This document shows positions 1 through 14,204 of a DNA stretch of 64,000 nucleotides, one piece after another. The stretch's first letter is position 1, and each line of letters opens with the position of its first letter. This stretch comes from Yuukianura sp. NJ FZ-2021 (taxonomy: Eukaryota). Under the pieces are notes generated by a model. It saw nothing but the letters and a program-made list of their open reading frames with translations, was not told the origin of the DNA and made no database searches. Position numbers and translations under genes: made by a program. The stretch lies in assembly GCA_046563655.1 (NCBI GenBank), contig CM102290.1, forward strand, positions 2,666,001 to 2,730,000. The letters are read 5' to 3'.

Positions 1-3000
1 TAACCTCAAGTCCTGACGTTACGTTAATGTTATGTACTACTGCATCTAGGAGTCCAAAGGGATCTTGGAACAACACTGCCAAGTACTACTGGCAGTGGGT
101 TGACTGCAGAAGGGAGACTAGGAGTCGACAGTGATGTTTGCCAGGGAGAAAGTGGGTCTACCCTAACATAAAGTAGGTCTAACATAGGATTCCCATTCAC
201 TTCATCTGTTCTGTTCTTGACTAGAAAGTCAAGGAGGCTGCGAGAATATACCTCCAATGCTAATGATTCTAACTTTCACTCCTGCTATCCTCCAGAACCA
301 CTTGTTGATGGATCCCATTCCATGAAGAAGGAGATACTTCCGCAATTTCCCAGCCACTTTAGTTCCCCTACTTCCCAGAACATAAATTCACAACTTTCCC
401 AGAACTCAACTGCGTCGCAGATCACAAAAGAAACCAAAAACCTTAAATCTCTTCTAACACGAAAATTCTAAAACTCTCTCAAACTCTTTATTCTTTCGAG
501 AAACGACAAATTAGCTTTCACTAATTGTTTTTTCATAATTTGGATTTTTACCATTCTCGTGTTTTCTGCCCATTAAATTATTGTAAACCGAACAAATCAC
601 AATTCTTCAAAAAATCTGAATTCGTCTAATCCTCGTGGTCAAACCAAAACCAAAAACTAGTAACACTTCTGCCACGCTATACTTGTCGTTGCCGTTGAAT
701 TGGAACCATGTCATTGGATTGACTAATCTGACTCAGCACTTGAGCCTTACAAAAGTTAGGGTTAGATTGAACTAACAAATCCAGGTTTTATATAGTAGCT
801 TACTGCTTGAGTGACAGGCAACTTTCATCCCAGTGGGATTATTTAGGAAAGTTTACTACAAAAGTTGCAGTTTTTGCTTCCTACCGTCCACCATTAGCCA
901 AGGCATATCAGTGGTTAGGGTGACCGCACGCACAATGCATGTTAGTTTGACCCTGTCCAAAAGGAGGCTGATGCTGTTACGGAGGCGTGCAGTGGGATGG
1001 AACTTATGATTGAGGTCTTCTTTTGAGCGTAGTCAAGTGAAGATTGGGTGATTGAATGGAGAAAGTGGATGTCAAAGTCCTTGACTCATCCCCATTGCCA
1101 ACTGACACCTCAATATGCCCGTCTGTCCAAAACATTCCCCACTCCTCAGTCATGCACAAGGAACTTCACTTTGATCCTCACTAATTGAATTCTCTGCTCC
1201 GCCCTTAACCCACCATCGCCCCACCACCACCATCAAACGGAGGGGGAAATCCCACTTTCTCCTCAGCCTAACTTAACTTGAGGACTACAAACGTAGCTTT
1301 TCCCCTCCATTGCCCCCCGTTTTCTCCGGTTAGGCTATGGCAGTTAAAAAACTTTTTACAAAACCACCAAGGAAACTGAAGTGACATTTCCAAGAAACAT
1401 TTCCACTTCTGCCGAAGGACATTCCTTTCACCATTCAATTCCAACTTTCGTAAGACCAAAAACCAAAATCCAAACAAAACGCTCAAAGCATTGGGAATAG
1501 AGTCACCAACCAGTTTTGTTATCTTAGTACCAGGCCTGCCAGAAATATTTCTTATCAATTTTTTAAATAAATATATCTTCAATTTGACTTAAATATTTGG
1601 TTTTTGGTAAATACAAATATTTAAGATAACTCAATATTGGACTCAATTTTTCTGGATTTTTTGAAACTTTCATTAAAAATGAGAACAAAAAGTATGAATT
1701 TGGCATAAATTGGGGTTAGCAGGTTAATTGAAAAATTAATATCGATGTGATAAGATTTTTGTGTAAATCCTGCGCGAAGCGAGGTAGGACGTAGGCATGT
1801 GTTTTTGTTTTGAAGATCAGATACCATTCACAATGGGGCTGTGAGGTATTTGCTTTAATTATTTCAATAAATATTCCTTAAGTTTTTTGAAAATATTTTT
1901 GGCATGTCTGCTTTGTACAGTACGCAAGTTTTTAGAAAAAGTTGAAATTTTAAGAAATTCGAAAATGCTGGAGGGAAATGTTATGATAATATTCACTTAT
2001 ACTTTATACAATTTTTCTGTTCTTTAACGTCGTTTCTTACTGTGATTAAAAGAAAGTAAAATACGTTCTTTTAGACTTTTTTTTCTTCGTTGGTTTAGGT
2101 CTGGAAAATGATTGTGGTAGAATGATAAATGAAGTCTGACTTTTCTCTTTTTGTGGACTCTTGGATTTGTGGGGAAAGTCATATATCACATGGACACCGT
2201 CCAACCACTACTACTTTCTCTAATCATTTAAAGTGCTGGCATCTGCTTCATTTTATTCAATGGCTACTCTCCTTCCGGGAATTGCAATAACCAAACCACT
2301 CGCCAAAGTCCATCAACTGGAGAGTCACTGCAACCAATCGGCACTTCGTAACTTTCCTTCGATCTCCAGACTATCCTGAAAGGACAAACAGAACCTATAC
2401 AGTTCTTAGAAATCACAACTTGCACGTTACACATTTCGAAATACTGCACTGGAAATGAGCATTTAGGTGATGGTGATGCCTGCCTACGAGTTCAAATTGA
2501 AAATTTAGTTCGTGATCTCCATGTTTATGTCGATAAAAGAAAATAATTTCAGCCAAAGGTGTGTCGTGCTCCAAGTCAAAGCTGTTCGTATAAAAATGAA
2601 TGCTGAGAGACTCGGATTGGCGCGTGGGTAGCTTTTTCTTTACCAGAAGACGGTAGGAGCTTAAGAATGAAAATGATGCGGAAGGTTTAGGGAGAAAATA
2701 GAGTACTTTATTTGTCCAACATTCCTGGAGTTTGGAAGAAGAACGATAAAAATACCAATTGAATAATATAAATGGAGAAAAGCAGAGAGAAAGAGAGTGA
2801 GTGACTACGAGAGACCAAGAACTTTGGAAAAATTTAATTTCGGGTTAGAAAAGGACTAAAGGAGATTCTACATTAGAAAGAGGATGGTTTGAAAGTTGGT
2901 CTGCTGAATACTATTCTCGTCCTCTCTTTCACTCTGTATTTTCAACAAGTGAAAATGAAATGCCAAGCATATCTGAAATTACTTTGTAAAAGGGAACAAT

Positions 3001-3043
3001 GGAAGTGAGTGAGCTACGAGATAGAGTAGTGGTGAAGAGCTCT

Positions 3044-6000
3044 TCACGTTCCATCATTTCTTCGTGGTTCTGGAGAGCCTGGCTCTTTTTCTATTCTGCC
3101 CGCCGTTATTTTCCTCCATTTCGTCACGCTCAATTGCCGCTCTGCTGGTAGACTTTCAAATACAATTTAATTAGTCACAAATAAAAAAAAATCAGGAACT
3201 CAAAAATCATGTTGAGTCAGTGGCAATGGTTTGCTTACAGCAATCGGAGTCTGCGTAACAGTATCAGCAGCAGGTTGCGTTGTTGCTTTAGATTTATTAG
3301 TGAACAAGATTCGAAAGTCACGCGGTGCGCTCAGCCGTGTTCCAACCAACAGATTCATCTGAAATTATTAAGAGTATTCAAACAAAAGATTTTTCCCGTA
3401 GGGTTTCAATGGTTTCGTACCTTAGTCTTTTCACAAAGCGTGATGAGTTGCTGCTCATACTTTTCGATGCTATAAATCAACGTTGGAATGGTCTTAGTAT
3501 CTTTTGTAATAACAGTTTTAGCTGCATCTTTAGATTTTTTAGACTCCTCAGATTCAACAGCCTTCCGCCGAATTTCCTACGAAAAAAAATATGTACTATC
3601 GTTGAGTTTTATTGATTAGGAATTTATTGTATTACACAGTATTTCGACTTTAATATTGTTTACCTCAATGTGATGGACCATCGCTTCAGCCCGAATTTTG
3701 AAATCCGTCCCTATAGCTTTGATCAATGCGTCGAACCTATGCATTAGAAAACGGCATCAAAGAATCAAAAGGCGAAACAAAGAAAACTTATAGAAGGTTC
3801 TTTTCACTTACGGCCTGGAATTGAATCCAATACCGGATTTAGTGTGATAATTGACAAAACTCTCGGTAATGGTGGCCATTGTATGGAAAAATTGAACAGT
3901 TGCTCGTCGTAAAACTTCAACCCAAGGACCTACTGGAAATTGACTCCGCACAAGGCTTGTCAAAAGTCGAACCAAGAACTGCAGTTGGATACAACAGTTG
4001 TCTCTCCATGACGCAATTTTTTCTGTAAGATGATTCTCGATGTTACTTACTGGTTAGACATAAGGTTCCAAGTTAAGTGTATTATTACTACCTTCGTTGA
4101 TGTAAGCACAACCAAGACGTCCAGTGACGTCTTTCATGATGTTCAATGTATTTTCGACGTAAATTGCAAACTGATGAAGTACTGTCGGAGCAGTGTATGA
4201 AGTCACGAGCCAAAATTGTTCCCGGGGATCACTGGCATCAAAACTGACTGTATCCTGAGATGGGATTTGTTGAACAATTTATAAACAATGTCTCCATTTA
4301 CTAGTTCATTCGCTTACCCCGTCGAGATCAGCTAGTAGGAAATGAGCTCGCTTTGCAATTGGCAAAAACCGAGACGGGGTAGTTTCTGCCTTAGACGCCA
4401 CCGCTATGAAAGCACACAGAATTGCTTCTGCATGGCTAGGGCACAACTCCTTTTCATCTAGGAAAATGGAAGATTTCTCTTCAAGAAATTTCGTGAACCA
4501 CGTGAGGACCTGAACAACAACACACAAGAATAATTTTTTAAAACTTTAAGACGACAAATTACTTTGGCGCAGGCTTAAGTTTTCGAAATGACTCACGGAA
4601 GCAAGTGCGTCTTTGGATTCCACTGTCAATTCGGAGGCAAAAATTTCTAACAGAACAAACAAGTCGTATACCCCTTTCCCGTTACGATGTCCTGCCAAGT
4701 ATTTTCGGGCATGTTTCATGGAATCCATGAATTCTTGAAAGAATACTTCAAAAGCCTCATCGTATGTTGTCCGTTCTGATTCTCCAACTAAAATATAAAT
4801 CCCAAAAATTATTTATTAAATTCCATAAATGTATTGTGTGCTTCGGAATCGTACGGAAGTTATTCAAAATGATGTTTCGTTCTACGCCACGACTTAGTAA
4901 ACACTGGACGATTTCAACAGCTAATTCCAAACGAGCTTCGTCAAGTTCAGGAGAACTAACTCCATTTTCGAGATCTTCTTCAGACGGAATTTTCTGACTC
5001 CGGTTCCAAAATATACTAAAACAAGATTAGAATAATTATAGAAATCGCATGAGACTTAAAGGTGCAACCTCTGCCATCTTACCCGGCAATCGTAGCTAAT
5101 TGACGGTGTAAAGCATTGGGCTCCTTGTCTCTTTCCTTCAACACTTCTTTTTGCTTCAAAGCGTGAATCTTTTGTTTCAAATTCTTGAGCAGCATATTCT
5201 CAAAACTGTTCTCTCCGACGAATGAACGAATAGCATCAAAATCAGGGTCATCGGTTTCGGTTCTGACAAATATGTAACAAAATGTCCAAATGCTACATGA
5301 AATTATTAACGGAACAACAATTTAGCAGAACAGAATAAAAATAAAACTTACGCATACAACTTCCGTAGGATTTCAATGAGATTCTCTGTGGTCATAATGT
5401 ATCTATAGGTAACTTTCTTTTGCGGAATCTTTGGAACTATAAAAACGTCTTCGTCTTCCCCAAGTGTCAAATCTGAAGATGAACTCGTACTCATAGCACT
5501 CGTATCTCCTTTTTTCGTGGCAGCGCCTTTTCCATTTTTCTTGTTCGAAGGCTTCTGCTTGTCCGATCCCTGGAAAAACAATACAATAACCGTTAAACGA
5601 TTTGTGATTTAATTTCTTTCAACAATTCAACTCAATATTTAGCTTTATTGACGTTCCTTTACCTTTAAAATGGATTGGAGGCTGTTGAACTTTTGAAAAA
5701 GAAGGCTTAACGCATTCTGTTTAGCGGATTTTCCTCCAAGTAACAAGTATTCCATAAGCGCCTCAGCGACTTGCATCAGTTGAACCAGAAATTCAGTTCT
5801 AGATCGAGCCATTTTCTCATCGAATTTCCGCAATTTGAAGAACTTCAAAGTGCATAATCATGTAAATTAGTCCAATCGTAGTAATGTATACCAAGAGGTA
5901 TTCATTTCGTAATGGAGAGGAAGAGTTACGTTTTTGTTGAGATCTTCACTTTCACACAAGTCCACAATCCAAATTTCCATCGTTTTACTTGCCGCCAATA

Positions 6001-9000
6001 TGCTGGCAGGAGTCTCCTCGGCAGGAAAGTCTGCGTCATCTTGGCTGTATATATTGCGGCTTCTAGTGAGTAAGAAACTAAGGCACTGAACCAAATACCC
6101 AAGTGGATCCTATAGACAAATTCAAGCCTTTATAACTTGATTCATCTTCAGTGACTTGCTACTTTATTTTTACTTACAGGCAAGCCCGTTGTAGCGGACG
6201 CGTTTTCGGACATTTCCAAAAAATTGACTTTCGGACGATCTAAGATAAGGGTTGAGGTAAGGTTTAACGATTGTTATTGTAACCGCGCAGTGTAGCCACT
6301 GCTACCATCTTGTATGGCTAGCATAGACGATTTGAATTGTAAAAACGATTTGAGAGCTTCCGTTACCTGCTGATTCTGTTTCCAAATACTTGTTCATTTC
6401 ACGGTCAACGTGAGTACAAAGGAAGGAAATGATTTCAGGGTTCTGTCGGGCGACATTGTAGATGCCTGAAATAGATAAGATATAAACCAATGAAATTATT
6501 TATGTTCCAACAACTTGTTGATGCCAACAACGACTTACCGATATAGAGCAATTCCTTGACTCCAAACTGTTGTGAAAAGTATCTTCGAAGCAATTCAAGC
6601 ACTTCGGAGCAAATTGATTCGTTCTTGCTGGAAGACGCCGTAATAGTGGATTGTGAGTTTACAAGTTGTGTGGCTTTGAAAAACTGCGTATTGCTGTACT
6701 GACTTCGTGGGATATCACCAATAATACGCGAATTGCATAAAAGTAGAACTGTGGCAGTGACAGATACTCTCCTGGATTCTGTAGTTCTAAAAACAAATAT
6801 GGAGCAAATATTCATGATTGTAATTTAGTACCGAAAAACTATATTGTGAATAATCTGATTTTGGTGAAACTTACTTCCATACAGTCTTGCGAATATTCAA
6901 TACAAATTCGTCCATAAGCTCAGTCGACAGTTGAAGTGAAGGAATAATTGCCTTTATAATGGGCGACGCAGTCTCAACAGTCATGAGTGGAAGATGGTTG
7001 ATGAGATCTTTGATTATCACAGCATACTCCTTCCGTACAGTGGGATAAATGACTTTCTTTAGACAGCGGGCAAGGCAGTCTGTGAAATTAAATGATCAGT
7101 TGAATTGTGATTTAATCGTAAAGTGTGTTGTTAAAAGCTTACCCATATTCGTTGCCGGGTTTGGATTTCTTAGAAAATAATTGACTAACGATGGAAGGTA
7201 TCGTTGTCTTTTTGAGACAAGAGTAACCAGTAAGTAGTCGCCAACAGCATTACAAGCTCTTTTAGCTCTTTGAACATCTTTTGAGCCAGTGTGCTCCATA
7301 GTAAGTAGTGTTATTCCGAGCTTCTCTATCCCGTCGAGCATGAAGTCAAGATCAGAGGTCCTATTTGGTATGTAACAATTCAAAACATTTAATACAAAAA
7401 TTACATGCAAAGTTAAGTAACGTCTACCTCATAGAAAGTACAGTCGCAAAACAGGCGTTTACTGAATCGTTGCTGCCTGGTCCAGTACATTTGTTATACC
7501 ACGAGTAGTTTGTACTAAGATGAATTTCTGAGAACCATCTCACAAGAGTAGCTTTGATTGCGTCCAGTACCTTCATCACAATTGGAAATTGTTTGAAAAT
7601 ATTTTAGAACGCGTATATCAACTCAACTTACTGTCTGCTTAATACGCTCTACACCAGTGAGCCCCAATGCAGTTGACATCATGAATGGTGACGTGATAAT
7701 GGAGTGGCAATGCTGCGAGGATTTAATTCGCTTGAGAAGCTCTTTCGAAAGCGGATCACATTTTTTAGCAACGTCTACGAAATGACGCACAGTTGTTCCT
7801 AGGGCCTTTCTGTTTTCTGCAATTGTTGCATCCGGAACTAGATACATTACAAAATTGTTATGCTACTAGTTAAGACCAGATGTAATTGATGTCACTCGTA
7901 CGTTCGTCTTCATCGGAGTCAAATTGCATGGAGCCAAAGTAGTCATTGAAGAAACCTACAACAACATTCGGAAATGCAGAGCCAGCCAGCATTAAAAGTT
8001 GGTATGCGATTGGTGGAACAGCAGGGGGATCCAGTTCTCGAACAACTGATCCTGCCTTGTCAAGGATTAAGCGCAGATTATTAGCATCCATGGCAGGAAT
8101 TTCCCTGTACGGTGTGAACAAAAACATTTATAGTGCTGCTTAAAATCAAATCGGCAAAAACAAAATTACAGTACACCTACCGGAGCACCATGATCAACGC
8201 AGCACTATTTCCAGGTCCCCATTGGAATCGACAAATTTCAATGATCACTTCTTGTATGTACTGCTGACCATCAATCATATCACCGTTCATGTCTTCTATT
8301 TCACCGCGCATGGAAAGTACAGCAAGCATCTTGCCGAATATTCCAATCCACCTAAAAAAAGGAAGAAGTGAGAAGAAAGAAACTCAGTACCGAAAAAAAT
8401 TAAATAGGAATCATGATCATCACCTTAGGTCTAAATTCAATTCATCTTTTGATCCAATAATTCCCAGAGAATATGAGACAGTTTTAGCCAATGCAGCACT
8501 TGACAAATGTCGGGATTCGACAATGACAAATGTGGTTATGTCACATAGCGCTTCTTCTGTGAGTTCACGGGGATTTTCCATCAATTGCAACACGCTCTTC
8601 ATAAACTATAAAACGGAAAAATATAGATGTAAATTAACAATAACCAGATTTTGAAAAAAATTAACTTCAACCCAGAAAGCTTACAGTAGCTGCTCCAAAA
8701 TCCCTAAAATTCTCATTTCCATCAGCATTTAGATATTCAATGGTTTTGGCTAAAATGGTTAGTTGGTCTCCGCCGGAGTTGCCCAAAAACTGTGTGAACT
8801 TTTCACCGGCCTGAAACAATAAAACCGTAAGGTTGCAATTGTTGATCTTACAAGAATGCACCATGCATTGCAAAGTCCTTCACGGTAGAATAAAATAAGG
8901 TGTTAACGATAACGAATTTCAAAATAAATCCTTACATCAGAAGCCTGTTGTTTAAACAGGCCACAGATCTGTTTCCACACTTTTTCTTTTGCTGGATGCA

Positions 9001-9001
9001 T
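3044..9001 (-). CDS. FANCI: Fanconi anemia group I protein, multi-exon
   Basis: Spliced exons give FANCI-like segments: EIPAM...PPIAYQLL, SPFMMSTAL, NIRK (equivalent to the ubiquitinated LRK lysine, codon 6886-6888) followed by an SQ/TQ cluster, FSQQFGVKELLY, and C-terminal DTKTIPTLIYSIEKYEQQLITLCEKTK/MNLLVGTRLSAPRDFRI. The start (ATG 9001, MHPAKEKVWKQ) and the last-exon acceptor are inferred. Confidence 0.88.
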
Positions 9002-11835
9002 CGGAAGTTCCGATTCGGAACCGGCTCAGTGATCACTACCAACCATGAGCATGTAATTTCCTACAATGCAAGAACACAAGCAAATAAATGTTAATTAATA
9101 ACGCGTTGTCGACCTAGGTGCACTTTAGTTTCCGTATTTCAAGGAATTGTCATCCTGCCAAACGTTTTGAGCCAAACGCTGATTAAGTTTGACAATACTA
9201 ACTGCAATTTTGTTTATGCGCTTACGTGACACTTGTATTCCGAGGATCACCAGCTTCAATTAAACCTGGACAACCATGTACGGCTTAAAGCTAAAAGTAA
9301 ACTGACAACAGAAAATGAAACTTATGTAAGTTACCGTCAACCGTTTGACGTTTTTGATCTTGTGTAAAACGTTTGACGTGTTTAATCTTGTTACGTTTTT
9401 AGTTCTAGTTTGTTTTTGTTTTATTGTTTTTGTATGAGCGGGATGGGAAAGCAAAGGTTCCACGCTATACTACGTTCACCGGTCTAGCTATGGGCATTGC
9501 GAATTTTCACACAAAGGTCAAGAGGTCAATTAACTATGAAATGAACGTTACTAAATGTAGAGCTACTGCGGAACAGGATAATTAAACTCAATGGAACAGC
9601 GATGCTGAATAGTGCTTAGCAACTGTTTACTACTAAAAAATCTAAATTATTTTCACGCTAAACAATCCTTTATAAAGCGGACTACCGGCAGACATTTTGC
9701 AATCCAGTACCATGAAGATGCAACGATGGAGCTTACTAAATTACTATGTGACAAGTATTATTATTAAACTGACAAGAACTCAGTTAATTACTAGTAATTA
9801 ACATGTGTTATCTTGTAGTTCGGTATTAAATTAATGGCAGTTGAAAATGAAATCAAAATGGCGCCGCAGCGGTACTGCCGCTGCCAATTTAGTAAAAAGT
9901 TAATTAATAATTAATTATTACTGATTTTATACTGCGGCGATTGACTACAGCTACCGAGGGTCATTAAGACGCATATATCTAGAACACGAAGAGGCATTAA
10001 CGGCTAAGTTTAGAAACTGGAGCGGGAATTTTTGGCGGGCTTCGATAGTTTGGTCCCCGGATCCAAATGGGGGGTTGATCAGGGGTCAGTCAGGAAAAGT
10101 ACAAAGTTATCAGCACATTTACTTGTCCAGTATAAGTTTTTAAAGGATGTGGATGCTTCTGGGATGGACAATGGCATGTCACAGAAGAAGCCACTCTCCG
10201 AAGAACTTGTCCTTGAAGAAGTCCGACAAAGGCAGAGGCGGTGACATGCAGTATTTCCCGCTCAAAACTTCGGATTGATGCCCCGCCCCTACTCCGAAGG
10301 CAAGTTAGGTGTTGTTGGCTACACCAACAGTGTCCAGTACGGGGGATAAAAAAATAATACTGCTTCTAGAATATTCTTGCGTTTCTGTCATTGTGTTGCC
10401 GTTGCCGTTGTGTTTTTCCAGAATAGAAATCAGGCTAGGCGTTAAAAAATTCTTTTAGTCGGCCATTTTGTATTCCTTCATAGTTTTCTAATTCCGAACA
10501 ACTTTTTTTTTATGACAAATTTTGAAATTGGCTCCTACAAAGGAAGGCGTGAGGACAATGCTTATGGATACGATTTCTTATAGGCGGGAGGTCCAACAAA
10601 CAAAAACCATTGTTAAGCGGCACGGCCTCACCCCAATGCGCACCGAAAAATTACTTTGTTGACTTAATTACTACTTAACTGGATGCTTAATTTGAAATTA
10701 ACCATATCATATTTGCCTACATTTCATTCTAGATCTTGTATTCATTTACTCTCCACATACTACATATGCTATTTGATGTCGTAAATGAATTTTGATGAAT
10801 GACAAAACAATAATACAATATTGTTTACCGAAGACAAATTGTGGTTCCTAATTAACTAAAATGTCGATTCCACACAATGCTGCTAACAGTCTTTGAGACA
10901 AATTTCTCATGAATTTCTTGCTAAAAGTCGTACATGGTACAACACAAAAGTCCCACGTACATAACTTTTAGTTGTAAGCTTTATTACTACAGTAGCAAGT
11001 GATTACTGGGAAACTTAAGAGTAGTAAAAGTAGTTCCTACTTCAAAGTACTGATTGTAGCTAGCAAGAGTGGAACAATTCCAGGTACAGGAGAAATGATT
11101 CACTTTAGACGAAAAGTTAATTGTTGCATTAGAGTTGGGAATGTAAAGTTAATTAATTGGGGAGTTAATTAATGAGTGAGGGGGAGGGGGCGGAGTCAAA
11201 GGTGTGTGTTTTGGCGCCTTGTGCTTGTCGTAACTACCCACCACTCTCCCTCCTCACTCAAACTCCCTCTCAAACACGTTTCACAATTTGAGTTCCTCTT
11301 TTACAAAGGTTCTGGACGTCGTCAGGTTGAGAAGCATCCTCTCCCTCTCTTTCTGTCTCCGTCTTCCGTCTCTTTCGCTACTTCTCTACTCAGTTCTTCA
11401 TCTTTCGGTCATCTTTAGTCCACTTCAGGTCAGTTGAGGTCATCCCATCAACTTTTAAAACGATTTCCATCAACACTCCATCTGCTCCTCAAGCCAAATT
11501 CGGTAAGTTGTCTTTTTTACACCTTGTTGCATGTACCTCCCCACCCCCTCGGCTCCCTCCCAACCCAAGCGAACAATATCCCGCCGCTTCTCCGTCTCCC
11601 ATAAACTAAACAGTAAACATGCATATGCATTACTTCCTGATTTTAGTTTATAACTTTAACTGGAGCGGTGTATTGTACCTGTAATTTAAACGACTTCAAA
11701 AATAATAATTTTTTGTTTCTATTTTCAGTGCCTGTCTGTTTGTTGTGCAGTCGTCAGTGTCTTTCATCACATTCCGTCGTCGACATTTCCCATTTGTTGC
11801 TGTAGTACGTGGCTTGCTGTCATTTTCGATTTATA

Positions 11836-12450
11836 ATGAAGACGCGTAGCGGCAGGATTGCTCCCGGAAGCTCCGACAAGTCTGGCGTCCCTGCTGTTCG
11901 AGGGAGGTCCAAGAGTGGCGCTATTGAGAAAACACCACGCAAACGGTATTTCTCTTCACAACGTTAGAATTATTTCATGTTATTCTATTTAATTTCTTGA
12001 TTTCTGGTTTACTAATGCATATTTTTTTTATTTAGTGCATCGACTTTGGTGAAGGGCAAAAAGCCGGGCAAAGACGGTTCTCTCAAGGTCAGGGAAGAGA
12101 AGACACGAGTCAAAGAACTGTCCAAGTCTGTGAAAGACGAAATCAATGGAGATTTTCAGGCAAAGTTGGATCGAGAGGCAGCAGGGAAAGCAAGGAAAGC
12201 CGAACAAGCCAAGAAATCAGAAGTCGTGCAACAGGTACGCGCTTCAATACTAATCAATTCGCTTATTCGAGTTCACAGTCCTCAAATGTAAAGATTGCAG
12301 TTTGAAATCAATTGTTTTTTTTTGTAGGTGAAGAATGCTTCTAAATTGCAGAAAACTAAGAAAAAGTTACTGAAACGTCCTTCTAAAGCATCGACCACTG
12401 AAGTACCTGATACTAAGAAGCCGAAGCGGGAGTTGCGATCCGGAAGATGA
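11836..12450 (+). CDS. Uncharacterised 143-aa Lys/Arg-rich protein; exons 11836-11945, 12036-12234, 12328-12450
   Basis: Phase-consistent GT-AG introns, a probable non-coding first exon ending at 11502 (GTAAGT donor) and AATAAA at 12476-12481. About 31% K+R; begins MKTRSGR and ends RELRSGR. Confidence 0.75.
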
Positions 12451-13218
12451 AGCACACAAGTTGGCGTCACATACTAATAAACCCATGCAGGGTTATTCGC
12501 CCTTTATTGTTTTCCCAGTTAAAGTAATTATCTAATTTAATAGGTCATTTTCCTTTTCAACATTTTGTTTTGTAAATCTTTTTTGTTTTTTCAATTTATC
12601 AAAGTTAAAAGTCACTAGTAAAGGTTCAAAGTTAAGGTTAAAAAAAGTTGAATAATTAAAGATGTGAGAAAATAAAGCTTATAAAGGAGTTTGTAAGCGT
12701 TTTTCTTAAAATTTTTAATTAACTGCCAATCTAATTGCCATTAAAGTTGATCCAATCCCTTTGAACGGGGTATTTAAATAATCGACTAAATTCGTTTCGG
12801 TTTTTATAATGGGAATTTCCACTTTTCCAGACAATTTAAAAAGTGCGACAAGCTTGAGTTTTGCGCGGACACACTGCAACCCTACCAGTTTTAATACTCA
12901 GTTGTACTGAAATTGGAATTTTTTAAACTAACTACGTACTATATTTTCTTACAAGTTGTTTTTTGCCTTTTTCTCTTTCAAACGTTTAAAAATTTTGTCA
13001 AAAATTTGTTGTCATGAGGACGTAACGTGCGGAAAGTATGTGTGAGAACGGTAGCAGACTGAACGGCGCGGCGCGCCGCTCGCTCCAGCCAGCCTCTCAT
13101 CTTTTCCTTCTTTGTCTTTTCGAATTCGAGGAGAAGTTTGCTGACACGAATTTTGTAATCAATTGACTCAACGGAACAACGTTTATACTAAACTAATTGA
13201 AGAGACATCATTCGGTAT

Positions 13219-14204
13219 ATGGATCTAGCGAATCGAATCTCACTCGTCATGGAAGGTCGAGTTCGTACTCGTCGTAAACGCTGGACGATCGTTCAACCAG
13301 TCAATCCGATGGAATTCTATCGCTTGCTTCATGAGAAGTTCCGCGGCAAACCACGATGTGAACAGTACCCTGGTCGTACTCAGTCGTCAACGGATCTCAT
13401 GAAATACGTAAGCTAAACTCTTCAAGCAATTATGATATTGGCCGTGATTTACATGATTTACTATCTTTGACGTTGTAGTACGCTGTACTTGATCCACCTC
13501 CTCCGCATCCCGGTTTGGGCCAACGGTTCGTTCGATACTTAGGTCGGTTGAAGCCATGGCAGTCTCCACGGCCAACATTGAACGAAAAGAAGCAAACAGA
13601 GCAGAATCTGGCTCAGGTTCGAGCTATGAAGAAGGCCAAGCAGGAGAAGACAGTTAAGATGAAAAAGAAACCAGTTACAAAGACAGCAAATGAAGTAAAT
13701 GATGAAGACGAAATTGGTTACGACAAGATCCTTCTGATGACACGCATTCTGGATTTGGAACAGGAGATTCAAGTATGCAAAGAGCAGAACGAACAAGTGA
13801 GTAACCTTCGGGAGAACATGGAACATCAGAATTCGGAACTCAAGAAGTCCAAGAGAGTATTTGACTTGTATCGAGCCAAGACATATGATATCCTCAAGGA
13901 GAAGAAGGAAAGTATTCGGCGAGAGCGAGAGCATGTTCGTAAAGTTGCATTGGAACTTGGGAAAGCACTGGACCGGAAGAACGCCGAAGACCAAACAGAG
14001 GAAATTCATAAACTGCGGAAGAAGGTGAAGGATCTGGAGAAAGAACTGAGTCGACGCACCAAACTTTGGTCCATGACTGCAACGTCCTTGAAGGCTACAA
14101 TTGAGAAGCTGATGAAGGAGAAAGAGGAACTTCAAAAACGTCTTGGAAATGTGAAGGATGAAGAGCCTCGTCCAGGACCATCTTCCAAATGTCGCAAACG
14201 CTAA
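13219..14204 (+). CDS. Uncharacterised 304-aa coiled-coil protein; exons 13219-13407, 13479-14204
   Basis: A phase-0 intron (GTAAGC...TGTAG) joins the 65-aa and 229-aa track ORFs in frame. Long E/K/L-rich heptad region; basic C-terminus EPRPGPSSKCRKR. Confidence 0.72.

Noticed and set aside
1..2900. Possible minus-strand exons (e.g. ~804-1267) of a gene leaving the window
   Set aside because: Splice-like signals exist, but I found no sustained frame or recognisable protein; may be UTR.
9480..10480. AAAATGGCG (YY1-like) motif and short ORF fragments, possible small gene or decayed transposon
   Set aside because: No consistent spliced ORF, termini or recognisable homology.
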